DNA of 64,000 nt from an uncultured delta proteobacterium (GCA_963792965.1 CAWBYW010000011.1:1-64000); one strand, 5' to 3'. Numbered from the stretch's first letter, positions 1 to 10,409 are shown. Notes: generated by a model not told the origin, from the sequence alone. Numbers and translations are program-made.

Positions 1-1260
1 CCGGGCTCTGCGAGCTTTCGCGGGAGCCGTCCTTATACCGCGGCAGCCCGGCGTTGGGCTGGACCGATATCATCCCACCAAACGATGCCGGCAGCGAGCC
101 AAGCAGCTCGATCATCTTGCGCGGGCCGATGGAGCAGTTCAGGCCGACGACGTCCGCGCCGAGCTTTTCAAGCTCCGCAAACGCCCCCGCGAGCTTATCC
201 CCATGGACGGTCGAGCCCTCTTCAGTGAACGTCAGCTGGCAGACGATCGGGATATCGGTCGTCTCCTTGCACACGAGCACCGCCTCCTTTGCCTCCAAAA
301 AGCTCGTCATCGTCTCCAGCATGATGAGATCGACGCCGCCGTCGATCAGGGCCTGGATCTGCTCATGGAACGCGGCGTGCGCCGCCACCAGCGACAGCTT
401 GCCGTAGGGGCTGATCAGCTCCCCCAGCGGGCCCACCGCCCCCGCCACGAATACCCTCGACGCGGCCTGCGCGGCGGCCTCCCGGGCGATCCGCGCCCCC
501 GCCAGGTTTATCTCCCATACTTTCTCGGTCAGCCCGTGTTTGGCAAGCTCGTAGCGGTTTGCCGCAAAGGTGTTGGTCTCTATGATCCTGGCGCCCGGCC
601 TCGATATACTCGGCGTGCGCCTTTCTGACCGCGTCGGGGTTGGTGAGGTTGAGGGCTTCGGGACAGTGCTACGCCGCCGGGCACTTTTGTGCGCAGATAC
701 GTCCCCATCGCGCCGTCGGCAAGCAACACCTCCTCGCGCAGCGCATCGAGGAACGCCGATTCGGGCCTTTTGGCCCTCTCCTTTTTTGCCGCCTCGGTCA
801 GGTAATATCCCCTTTCGAGGTTTTCGTTCCGTACCCGCTCGTATTCCCGGTCCACGTCGATATTCCGCTCACGAAGCAGCCGCTCCAGCATCTCCACGGA
901 ATGCTCGAAGTCAACAAACTCGTTCAGCCACTTTTCGGGCTTTTCCTCGCTTCCCGTTATCTTTGTTCTGAGGCCCGTGAACTCCTGGTTGACCTTATCG
1001 AACTGCTCGGTGAGCCCGTAGGCGGTCTTAATCCTCGGGAAGTGGAAGAAGTCCGAGAGCCCGTTCTTGAAATGCCGCTTGAAGATCAGCTTATCGACGT
1101 ACCAGAAGACGCACGCCAGGCAGAACTGGTTGATAAGAAACGCCGGGATGGTCGGTATCTTCATCATGTCGGAAAAGAGGTACTGGACAATCGCCCCGGC
1201 GATCCCCGATATCACGACCCATCTTCCGAACACATAAAAGAACCACTCGCGTGAAAACAT
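1..1260 (-). CDS. Homocysteine S-methyltransferase family protein (MetH/YitJ-type HMT domain) with an N-terminal membrane + helical extension; two apparent frameshifts; runs off the window start
   Basis: ORF 580..1260 runs in frame into LLADGAMGTYL. After shifts near 670 and 595 the reading continues with CPEALNLTNPD, IETNTFAANR, VAGAVGPLG, GVDLIMLETM, GLNCSIGP and QPNAGLP, all HMT motifs. Confidence 0.85.
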
Positions 1261-1310
1261 TGTGATGACGCTCCTTAGGGAGTTAGGTTGCTCGGTGGAA
1301 CTCGAGGACT

Positions 1311-1700
1311 TTACGGCCGCCAGATCGGCAGCACCAACTGCCCCTTGCTTTCGCCCATGATCGAGAAGGCGGTGTCTTTATCCACGAACTTGATTATCTC
1401 GTGGGGCCTGCCGTTTTTTCTGGAGATCACCATGAACTCACCGGATGAGAAGGGGTTCTGGCCCTGGTCGCGGAGCCACTCCATCGTCTCGCGGATCTTC
1501 TGCAGGCTGACGCGCGCCGCGCGCAGGTTGAAGATAACCGAGGCTTCCTGGATATTCTTCCTGGTCCAGAGCGTCGCCTTGCCGTGCTGGCCCCCGCCGC
1601 CCACGTCGATGAGCCGCTGTTCCTGCAGCCTCATCAGGCTGCGGTAGTTTACCCCCAACAGCTTTGCGACCTCGGTGCCGGGGACTGCTGCCTTTTCCAT
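1311..1700 (-). CDS. MerR-like helix-turn-helix DNA-binding protein
   Basis: N-terminal EVAKLLGVNYRSLMRLQEQRLI and later LRAARVSLQKIR resemble the MerR HTH; AGGAG RBS upstream. Confidence 0.65.
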   Translation of the reverse strand: MEKAAVPGTEVAKLLGVNYRSLMRLQEQRLIDVGGGGQHGKATLWTRKNIQEASVIFNLRAARVSLQKIRETMEWLRDQGQNPFSSGEFMVISRKNGRPHEIIKFVDKDTAFSIMGESKGQLVLPIWRP

Positions 1701-1717
1701 GATGCTCTCCTTTATTG

Positions 1718-1764
1718 GACATTGTTACATTGTCAATCTTACTCCTTGCAACGATACATGTCAA
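1718..1764 (-). promoter_or_regulatory. sigma70 promoter with an operator-like palindrome over the start site
   Basis: Minus strand TTGACA(1764-1759)-17 nt-TAAGAT(1741-1736); imperfect palindrome GACATTGTTACATTGTC at 1718-1734. Confidence 0.7.
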
Positions 1765-1833
1765 GGGGAAAAAGGGGAAAGCGGGGGGACACGGGGGAGG
1801 GGTATTCGGTGGAGTCGGGATAGTTATAATTAC

Positions 1834-1902
1834 GGTGACGCCATACGTAGTCACTACTTCCGCGTCTAAACGGGAAGGTTACTAACTACGTACGGCGTCA
1901 CC
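1834..1902. repeat. REP-like inverted repeat (GGTGACGCCATACGTAGT family)
   Basis: 18-bp arms at 1834-1851 and 1885-1902 with one mismatch; abuts the MarR stop codon. Confidence 0.75.
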
Positions 1903-1903
1903 C

Positions 1904-2341
1904 TCATTCGTTGAGCGCGTCCGTCACCTTCTTGAGGGTCTTGATAAGATCCTCGGCCTCTTGTTGGGACAAGATTTGCAGGAGCTTCTGATTAAAGGCC
2001 TCGGTCGTCGGGATCAGGGCCTCAAAGATCCGCCGCCCTTCTTCCGTCGGGTAGAGCCGGAATGCCCTCCTGTCGGACGGGTCGGCTTCCCGAAGAATCA
2101 AATCCCTCTTCACCATACCGTCGATGAGGCGGGTAATCGAGGTCGTGTCCCTATTGGTCGCCCGTGCCAGATCGGTGATCGTCACTCCCGAATTGACGGT
2201 GAGGTAGCTCAGGGTGCCCCACTGTTCCGGAGTCAGATCATACCCTGCTTCGCGGATGGCCTTCTGAAAGCGTGCCCGCAGGGCGGAATTGGCCTTGTTT
2301 ACCCGGTACCCGATAGCGTTTGCGATCAGCTCAAAATCCAT
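1904..2341 (-). CDS. MarR family transcriptional regulator
   Basis: LTPEQWGTL, ITDLA...DTTSITRLIDGM and DPSDRRAFRLYPTEEG winged-helix motifs. Confidence 0.95.
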   Translation of the reverse strand: MDFELIANAIGYRVNKANSALRARFQKAIREAGYDLTPEQWGTLSYLTVNSGVTITDLARATNRDTTSITRLIDGMVKRDLILREADPSDRRAFRLYPTEEGRRIFEALIPTTEAFNQKLLQILSQQEAEDLIKTLKKVTDALNE

Positions 2342-2349
2342 CTACCGTC

Positions 2350-2739
2350 CTACAGGCCCCGTGCGAGAAGAAAGTGGTAAAGGCCGATGAGCGCGGTCAC
2401 CAGCCCAAAGGTGAAAAAGCCCAGCCAGACCTTGGGAAACGAACGTCCCCACAGCACCACTTCCACGATATAGAAGAGGAAGAAGAGGAGCGCGCCACAT
2501 GCCCCGACGTACAGCAGTAGCGGATTTGAGAGCAACAGCCCGATGAAGGCGGCGACGAACCCGATTCCCGTCAGAAAGGAAATGATCACCTTGGTGTTCA
2601 CCAAGGGCAGGCCGGTTGACGGGGGGATTTCAGCGTGCATCTTGACCGCTTTCGCGTGATTGTTCAGCACCCTGATATTAACGGTATACATCACGGCCAG
2701 GATCGCCGTAAGGACTTCCACGATTATCTTTAAGATCAT
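2350..2739 (-). CDS. Small 4-TM membrane protein, co-transcribed with marR
   Basis: ATG at 2739 with GGAGGAGG RBS; four hydrophobic segments. Confidence 0.8.
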   Translation of the reverse strand: MILKIIVEVLTAILAVMYTVNIRVLNNHAKAVKMHAEIPPSTGLPLVNTKVIISFLTGIGFVAAFIGLLLSNPLLLYVGACGALLFFLFYIVEVVLWGRSFPKVWLGFFTFGLVTALIGLYHFLLARGL

Positions 2740-2751
2740 CGGTTCCTCCTC

Positions 2752-2796
2752 CATATAGATGTATCTACATATACTGTAGATACATCTATATGTCAA
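2752..2796 (-). promoter_or_regulatory. Promoter overlapped by a perfect 18-bp inverted repeat (probable MarR operator pair)
   Basis: CATATAGATGTATCTACA-TATAC-TGTAGATACATCTATATG at 2752-2792; TTGACA at 2796-2791. Confidence 0.8.
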
Positions 2797-2827
2797 GAAA
2801 AAAGAGTCACTTCCGAAAAAAGTTATG

Positions 2828-3291
2828 CTAATCCGGTCGTGACTTTTTTCCCATGTAGACGAGTGCGAGACGGGGCGAGACCTGTTCCCTGCGGAATTCG
2901 CGGTAGCCGAGCTTCGTGTATAGGGAGATGTTCTTTTCGCTCTTGTCCCCCGTGAAGAGCTCGAATCGGTCGGCATGAGGGAAGCTTTTTTCGATCGTGC
3001 GGACGAGCTGGGATCCAATGCCGCGGTTCTGGAAGTCCGGGTGGACGAAGAGCCGTCCGATCAGGCACGTGCCTTCCTTCACGTGCGCCCGGACGGAGCC
3101 GATGATGCGCCGTTATCGACGGCCTTGAGAAAGAGGCGGGCGGCGAACTCGGTACGCAGAGCCTCTACCGTCTCCGTCAGCGGGGGAATGTGATAATCGC
3201 CGTAGAGGGCCGCCTCGTTCTGGTAGCAGAGCTTCTGAAGATCCAGAATAGCCGGGGCATCGTCAATGGCGGCGGGCTCGATACGCACCAT
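2828..3291 (-). CDS. GNAT N-acetyltransferase, frameshifted near 3105
   Basis: N-half DAPAILDLQKLCYQNEA..IPPLTET joins C-half IGRLFVHPDFQNRGIGSQL..LYTKLGY in another frame. Confidence 0.85.
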
Positions 3292-3354
3292 GGCCTTCCT
3301 CCGGGAACGGGTGTGACAGCGACAGTCGGGTTTTGCCCCCGGCCTTTGCGCCGT

Positions 3355-5175
3355 TTATAGACTAGTGTCTTTATTGATAGCTCTCTTTATCTTTCTCGCC
3401 TGCCTAAGAGGAATACGGCCAATACTCAATAATATTCTTTCAACTATAGGAAATCTCTTTAGAATTCTTTGAATATAGAAGGCTATTATCACATATGTTG
3501 GTTCTACGAGCAAGGTGCGGACATCTTCGGATCGCTTTTTTTGTTCCTCTGTTTCTCTCATCCGATGGCTGAATCCGGCAAAAGCCTCCGGCAAGAACCT
3601 CAGATGTCGCGGCATCTGCTTGCTGTATGAAGCCAGCAAAGCCTGCATATTGTCGTAATATCTCGTGGACCTGATCATACTGCCCGGGGTTACGCGATAC
3701 CAGTATTGTACTTCGGGAATGCAGGCTATCCTGCCTCCGGCGGACTGGACGTCAACAAACATCTTCCAGTCCTCGAGAGTGACCCCATACTCTTCGTGAA
3801 AATACCCGGCCTTCTTGAAAATCTCACTATTATAAATCCCGGTGGCGTCACCAAAGTGGTTCGTTATTATGCCGCTGCACTGCGCCTCACTGCCCCAGAA
3901 TAGACCCACGTCATTATCGAGGTCTTCCGGCGAGGGTTCCCCATCGTCGCTGAAAAAGTATCGCATGCCGCCGGAAACGCAATCCGCTCCACTAAATTCT
4001 ATCGCATCTACGAAACGGGTAATCATATTTGGCAGGGCGATGTTGTCATCGTCGAAGAAAACGACATACTTTCCAGTGGCATTCCGTATTCCATTATTTC
4101 GCGCAGCGCCTAAGTACTTGTTTTTCTGCCTGATAACCCGAACAGGACAATCGTGTTCAAGCTCATTTTCTATTCTATACAAACAGCTCCTGGCTTCTTC
4201 CGTCTTGCTCCCATCATCGATAATCAGGATCTCCTTTTTCCGGTAGTCTTGCTTTAGTAATGAAGACAAGGAATGTTTGAGAAATTGTGGGCGATCATGA
4301 TGAACCAAAATGATGCTGACAAACGGTTTCTCTGACGATCCAATCGCCGTCCCGTTTGTCTCTTCCCCTTGCCGCTTAGGGCCCGCCCAGGAGAAAAATT
4401 CGTGCCATTTCTCGACCGTGCCTTGTTGAGTCCGGGAAGTCTTAACAGACGCGCTTCCGTCAAAATGGAGTGCTTTATCCTCTATAGTTTCTGCAAGGCC
4501 TTCCTTATTTGGAGAAAATGCGGCCTGGTTGATTTCAGGGGACGAAACACGTCCTTTACCCGCGCCGGAATCGAGATGGCTAACCATATAGGGGATAACT
4601 TGTCTGTACTCGGGAAGTCTCCACCCTTCCTCCTGAACCCAGTCTAACATATACTGACTCGGACTTACGACGAAGTCGGCCCTCTCGCAACATGACTGTT
4701 CCATTTCATAATGAGTCAGGTCATCTTCATTTTTTGGGAAAACTCTTTCTGTTCGATGGCGCCATAACGTGGGACCGTGTAGTAGTATGCCAAGCTTGGA
4801 TCCTCGGAATGCAAGGCCGATCTCCTTGGCACAAAAACAAAAGAAGCCGTCTGCCGGCCGGTCTTGAAAAATGTAAACGTCAAAGTCGGTGTCTTTCAAT
4901 AATTGATAGACACGATAGGGACGACGCTCTAAGTGGTGTGAGATCCTTGTGTCGTCGTGGACGCAGTTCAGCTCGATTCCCTTCTTTGCGAAGTCCCGTG
5001 TGAGCTTACTTTCTTTCTGCCCGGCGGCATCTTGGCAGCCGGTGTAATATATGGTTATATCGTAGTCCGCATGTTTCAAATTCTCACAGATATACCTGGT
5101 GGCGGTAGCGATACCGCCGCTTCCGTCTATGCCCTCCAACTGTCGCGTTATGAAACAAATTCGCTGTGCCTTCAT
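3355..5175 (-). CDS. Glycosyltransferase: partial GT4 N-terminal domain + GT2 domain
   Basis: GGIATA and ADFVVSPSQYM (GT4 N-lobe); VSIILVHHDRP, IIDDGS, GAARNNG, FFDDD (GT2). Confidence 0.9.
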   Translation of the reverse strand: MKAQRICFITRQLEGIDGSGGIATATRYICENLKHADYDITIYYTGCQDAAGQKESKLTRDFAKKGIELNCVHDDTRISHHLERRPYRVYQLLKDTDFDVYIFQDRPADGFFCFCAKEIGLAFRGSKLGILLHGPTLWRHRTERVFPKNEDDLTHYEMEQSCCERADFVVSPSQYMLDWVQEEGWRLPEYRQVIPYMVSHLDSGAGKGRVSSPEINQAAFSPNKEGLAETIEDKALHFDGSASVKTSRTQQGTVEKWHEFFSWAGPKRQGEETNGTAIGSSEKPFVSIILVHHDRPQFLKHSLSSLLKQDYRKKEILIIDDGSKTEEARSCLYRIENELEHDCPVRVIRQKNKYLGAARNNGIRNATGKYVVFFDDDNIALPNMITRFVDAIEFSGADCVSGGMRYFFSDDGEPSPEDLDNDVGLFWGSEAQCSGIITNHFGDATGIYNSEIFKKAGYFHEEYGVTLEDWKMFVDVQSAGGRIACIPEVQYWYRVTPGSMIRSTRYYDNMQALLASYSKQMPRHLRFLPEAFAGFSHRMRETEEQKKRSEDVRTLLVEPTYVIIAFYIQRILKRFPIVERILLSIGRIPLRQARKIKRAINKDTSL

Positions 5176-5339
5176 ACGGGTATCCGCCCTGTCATACGAA
5201 TAAGCCTAAAGGAGGTTGTCCCGATCATAGTTGAAACGTGAGAAAAGCGCGGCGGCTCTCCCACAGCTTGCCATAGTGGGGTTGGGGAACCTTCGCAAAC
5301 CGACCTGCCCCATTAACGATGATAGTGTTTAGGTTAGCA

Positions 5340-5422
5340 GAATTAAGGGGACACCATACTTAATTAACAGACTTTCTGCTTAGCTGTAGAAATAGTAATT
5401 AAGTATGGTGTCCCCTTAATTC
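5340..5422. repeat. Perfect 27-bp inverted repeat (GGGGACACCATACTTAATT REP-like family)
   Basis: GAATTAAGGGGACACCATACTTAATTA (5340-5366) and its exact reverse complement (5396-5422), 29-nt spacer. Confidence 0.9.
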
Positions 5423-8400
5423 GTCAATATACTCGACGGGGTAATCCGAGAGTTTCCGTATCGCATCCAGGACCGAGACCTTTTCGATATCCGAGACGGA
5501 GCGCAAGACTTCCTTTTTTAGGAACGGACACCGCAGCTTAAGAAGCTCGACCGGCAGACTGTAGACCGCGCCGTTGCCCGGGCCCGGCATTCCGTTTCGG
5601 TTCAGGTAGAGACTTTCCGGTATATAACAACCCGGCGCAACGTGATGTCTGCCGAGATAATCGTTCAGCCGCACTACCAAGTCTGTTTCCGCGGACGGCC
5701 CGGCGTCGGCTGTACGGATATCTTCCCAGAATTGACCGAACGCCGATGACATGACGACGGACTTCCCCAATACCAGAAAATAGCTCTGCAGACGAGGCGG
5801 CGCTGTCGCGCCGTCAGGAAACGCCGTTACTCCCCAGAACTCGGAGTCTTTCATTTTATCGAACATTTTCTCGAGCGGAAAGATCGGCCCGTAGCAGCTG
5901 TTGTCGGCCAGAATGACCTCATCATAGTTCGCCAGTTTTTCAAGCCCGTATCCATTGATACCGTCGCGCCACTCCCCGAAGCTTGCACCCGAATTCTGCC
6001 TCACTATTATCTTACTCACGAAGCCGGCTATTTTTTCCCGCTCGTGAACGGGAAGGTCACGGCTCGACACGAATACGATGTCGTCGCACATCTCCGCCAT
6101 CTTCTTGATGTAGTAGGCGTCGCACTCTCGAATTACATTGTCTCTTTCACGATGGGCGAAGAAGAGCATTCTCTTTCTGTTTGGGACGTGAGCCTTGCGT
6201 CCGCCTTTTCCCGGCAGAGCCACCAGCGGCTTGTAGTTATTAATCCCGGCTATATATACCCATATTCGCTCCAAGACGTGGCCGAGCGCATAGTTTACCT
6301 GTCCGTGCTCCTTTTCGAAATCACGGTAGCCCAATCCGTGTTTGATCAACGGCAGGAATGCTTTCGTCCGTATCCAGAACATATTGCCCGCAGGAAAGAG
6401 GGGCCACTCGGGAAGCTTTCCCCTGTATCCGAGCTCATTTACGAGAGACTGACACCGTGCCTTGTTACCGACCCATCCGAACGAAACGCCCAGCAGGGGA
6501 AAATCCGGCGGGAAGACAATCCCTATCTCGGGCCTGTCAAGAAAGCACTGAAGGATGGATCGTACTAACTCCCGCGAGCCCAGGAGGTTATCCAGGAGAT
6601 ATCTTCTCCATAAATCACCCCACTGGATCAGAGACTTTTTCGTGTGTATGTGGCATATATAGTCGTAATTTGTCAGAAATTCCCTGCACCCCACGAGGAA
6701 CGGCCCGATATCTCTTCCCCTGTTGGGAGTTATTATTATTTCGGTCCTTTGGGCGCAGCATTTGTCCGAGAAGAGTCCAGCGATCCGCTTCCTTTTTTCT
6801 TCTGTATCCGTTGTTATGAAACAGTCAAACTCACCGGGAATGTTGTTGATGTAGGACATGAACTCTTCGGCAAGGTCCGCGTGGAAGAGGTGCGCATGAA
6901 CCATGACCCCGGGCGCGTCCTTTTTCGACCTCCCGAGGGGCGGCAGCGCCTCGAATTGATCGTGCAGCGGCATATCAAACAGGGCCCGGGACGTGGTGTT
7001 TATGTTTGCGTAGCCATATTTCCTGTCGGGCTCGAGGTAGATGCCTTCGGCCCATTCGTTCCAGGCGTTGATGAAGATGAGGCGCTCGTCCTGGTGAAAG
7101 TATTTCCTCGTGTAGTCGATGATATGAATCAACCATCGATAGTAGTGTTCGAGCGAATAGCCATGCCAGACGGAGAAGCCGTTTTCACGCCGGGGGGAAT
7201 TGTCCCATCCGAGCATCGCCGTCCGAAAGATCGGTTTGTCGGGGCCGTCGGCAAAGGTGTTGCCCGCCACAACCTCGTTGACCATACTCTTGTAGTCTGG
7301 ACAGGCTCAGCGTATCGATTGCGGCCCAGAGGCAGCCGATCATAGACCGGTGTCGTGGGACCGATCAGTTGCGGGGGTAATTCCACCTCCCTGTCGGCAA
7401 TGCCGCGCACGTCTCTCTCAAAGGCCTCCCTGTAAGAGGTCCTCACCGAAACAACACAGATCTCGCCGAGCCCGTTGTCCCTGCACCATTGTCTCCACCG
7501 CTCGATCGTCTCTTTCGGCTCCGGAAGGTCATAGAGCTTGAAGATGAGGATGACGGGCCTGCCGTCTGCCTTGATATATCTCGGGTCGGTCAGGTATCTG
7601 CTCAGGTCCGAGATCAACGCTATGTCCCCCCCCTCGTCGTATTCCTGCCGCATGAGGACGCTCTCGTCCAACCCATCCCACGCCCGGGTCCAGTTATGGT
7701 TGGCCCAGCTGACGCAGTAGTTGATATCAATCTCCTTGTGCTCCAGCAGGAGATCGAGGGGTTTTTCCAGGAGACGCCTGCCGGAAAACCAGTAATAATG
7801 AAAGCAGAAGCCGTGGATTCCGTGCTCGCGCGCCAGCCGCGCCTGCTTCTTTATGACGTTGACGTCGCTCAGATCATAGTATCCGAAATCCGGGTGCGGC
7901 TCGCGCGGTTGGTACTGCCCCCTGAATCGTGGGGTCGTCTTGCGGGTATTGTGCCACTCGGTAAAGCCCTCGCCCCACCAGGCGTCGTTTTCGGGTATTC
8001 GGTGATATTGGGGAAGGTAGAACGCGATCGCCTTGAGATCCGTCTCATGACCGGAGAAGTCCTCGTTCGGCTGGTATTCGGACAGGTACGGCGGGACGGT
8101 ATCCTCACTAATCGTCCGGTCGTCCTCCACAACCGGCACGCTTACCTGATCGGGCGGCTTGGGTGCTGTTGCCGACCGGTATGCCTCGAGGAAGAGCCTG
8201 AGAGGGATCCGGGCCTTCTGGGCCAGCCTCCAGGCTTTCGTGCCGGTAATAACCTCGATATCACCCTTGAGGCGGGCGATTTCCCCACCCTGGTCGTCCA
8301 GTTGAGCCCGCAGACCCTCCACCTCTCCCGCGAGGCGAAGGGTTTCCCTGTCGCGGTCGGAGAGCTGGGCCCGCAGGCCCTCCACTTCTGCCGTGAGGCG

Positions 8401-9219
8401 GGCAACCTTGCTTGCGCGATCGAACAACTGAGCCCGCAGCCCCGCGGCATCTTCGGTCGCCAGGCCGGGTTCGCTTGCGAGGTCGTCCCGCTCGCGTCGG
8501 GCCGACAGCTCCCTGCCCAACATAGAAAAGATGCCTTCGTAGAAGGGCGACCGGTTGAATGCCGTAACACAGTCCAGGAAGCCTTGACTCACACTCTTTC
8601 CGATGGCCGCCACCCCCAGGCCGTAGCCGTGCCTGAATTCAAACGAGGGATAGCTGCCCGATATCTCTTCCCACAGCCTCCAGACGCCGAAGTCGCGGTC
8701 GTGCACCTGTGTATCGTGTAACAGCATCACTCCCTTTTCACTCATTTTCGGCAGCCAGCTTTCGAAATCGTGCTTAACGGCATCGTAGGTGTGCAGTCCG
8801 TCGATATGCAGCAGGTCGATCGTCCCGTCGGAAAAATGGCCGAGCGCCTCGTCGAACGTCATCCGCAACAGAGAAGAGAAATCTCCATATCCTTCTCGTT
8901 GATACGCCTCCAGGTCCTTAAAGACCGATTCGTCGTAGAAGAAGGCCTGCTCGTCCCCTTTCCAGGTATCAACCCCGCAGCATTTCGTATCAATTTGGAG
9001 CGCCGACACGGCCTGACAGAACGCATTGTATGAGTTGCCCGAGTGAACACCGAGCTCCACTAAAAGGCCGGGTCTTAAAATCTCAATGAGGAAGAAGGCA
9101 AAGGGGATATGCTCCACCCAGGCATATGGTGCTACAATTCTCTTTGGCTCCAACAAGATGCTTTTGAATTTACCGATATCGATAGACAATGTGTTGGCCT
9201 TTCCTTCGTGAGGTTTCAT
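5399..9219 (-). CDS. Multidomain polysaccharide biosynthesis protein: class I SAM methyltransferase + coiled coil + WbsX/GH99-like + two RgpF-like (rhamnan synthesis F) domains; frameshift near 7300
   Basis: VELGVHSGNS and LLHIDGLHTY (MTase); IAFYLPQYH..ENDAWWG, CVSWANHNW and INAWNEWAEG (WbsX-like, split across the two ORFs); PNRGRDIGP, HIHTKKS, FPAGNMFW and NSCYGPIFP (RgpF-like). Confidence 0.85.
8254..8442 (-). repeat. Three 63-nt (21-aa) tandem coding repeats forming a coiled coil
   Basis: GLRAQLFDRASKVARLTAEVE / GLRAQLSDRDRETLRLAGEVE / GLRAQLDDQGGEIARLKGDIE. Confidence 0.9.
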
Positions 9220-9359
9220 CCGGTCAGTCCCCTTTCGCCACTACGATATAGATTTCTTTAACCCTTATTGCGACAATCAAAAACCGATTCCAATAACGAC
9301 CTCACAGGATGAACTTCTTCCTTAGAGAAAGGTTATCAGCGAGTTATGTATTCTTCAAT

Positions 9360-10409
9360 CTAAAGATTGTGCCTGGTTATAAACTTCTTCGAAAATGAGA
9401 TAGGCTTCCGTATCTTTTCCGCCAGCCTCCACAGCTTCGTGCCGGTTATGACGGCGATGTCATTTGTCAGACGAGCGATCTCGCCATCGCGCTGATCCAG
9501 TTGGCTTTGCATCGTATCGATTTTGGAGGTCATGCGGGTCAGATGCCGATCCGTGGTGTTGATCGCATCCTGCATGTCCCTCAGCCTGGATTGAAGTGCG
9601 GCCGTATCGCCGGGAATATCATCGTAGGGGCGGTGGTCGTCACCCTTGCCCGGGACGGTGACGTAATCCAGTCCGGGTATCGAGTAGTTCTCGATGATAT
9701 CGAGGTTGACAACCTCGGCGACTTCACCCGTGACGATGCGTCGAGACTTTCTTGCTTTTTCTCCCTCGTATTTCTCAACGACGGTCACGGAATCGTAAAA
9801 GGAGACTTTACGTATCTGCCTGTTGAAGGATTTCAGGAAGGAAAGCTCCAGGGGCGCGATTATCTGCTCGGCGTCAAAATAGTCACAGTTCAGCGAATCA
9901 ATCAATGACTTCAGCCACTCGATCGATGATCCCGCTTTTCGATAGCCCCCGGAAAAGACCCGAAGATAGCTGCAATGGAGATCTTCTATAAAGTACTTGC
10001 CGGACGGCTCGAGGTGGGGGAAAAGGAGGTTAAACGACGCGATGACATCTCCGCATTGATGCGAGCCGTCGTCGATGATGATGTCAAAGTCCGTGTCGAC
10101 AAGATGCTCATCGAGAAAGGACTTATCGGTCGCGTTTCCGATAAGTACCTGAATACCTTCCTCGAAATGCAGTCCCCGGCATTTTTCGTCAATATCTATT
10201 CCGACTACCTGTGAACCCTGGGGCAAGTATTTGTTCCAGATTTGCAGGGATCCGCCGTTCTGAACACCTATTTCAAGGAGCCGCAGGGGCTTATTCCTTG
10301 CTAACAGATTTTGAAGCTCCGCTTCATATATTCCGATATAATGATCCCACTTATCCGACACATAGCCGTCATGTGTCATAAAGATATTCATCAATGATAC
10401 CTTTCGCAT
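9360..10409 (-). CDS. Class I SAM-dependent methyltransferase with C-terminal coiled coil
   Basis: SDKWDHY, LLEIGVQNGGSL, GIDID, FDIIIDDGSH, YFIEDLH; C-terminal heptads. Confidence 0.9.
   Translation of the reverse strand: MRKVSLMNIFMTHDGYVSDKWDHYIGIYEAELQNLLARNKPLRLLEIGVQNGGSLQIWNKYLPQGSQVVGIDIDEKCRGLHFEEGIQVLIGNATDKSFLDEHLVDTDFDIIIDDGSHQCGDVIASFNLLFPHLEPSGKYFIEDLHCSYLRVFSGGYRKAGSSIEWLKSLIDSLNCDYFDAEQIIAPLELSFLKSFNRQIRKVSFYDSVTVVEKYEGEKARKSRRIVTGEVAEVVNLDIIENYSIPGLDYVTVPGKGDDHRPYDDIPGDTAALQSRLRDMQDAINTTDRHLTRMTSKIDTMQSQLDQRDGEIARLTNDIAVITGTKLWRLAEKIRKPISFSKKFITRHNL

Noticed and set aside
2740-3018. N-terminal extension of the 222-aa ORF
   Set aside because: It runs through the promoter/operator and the GNAT gene; a strong RBS marks ATG 2739.
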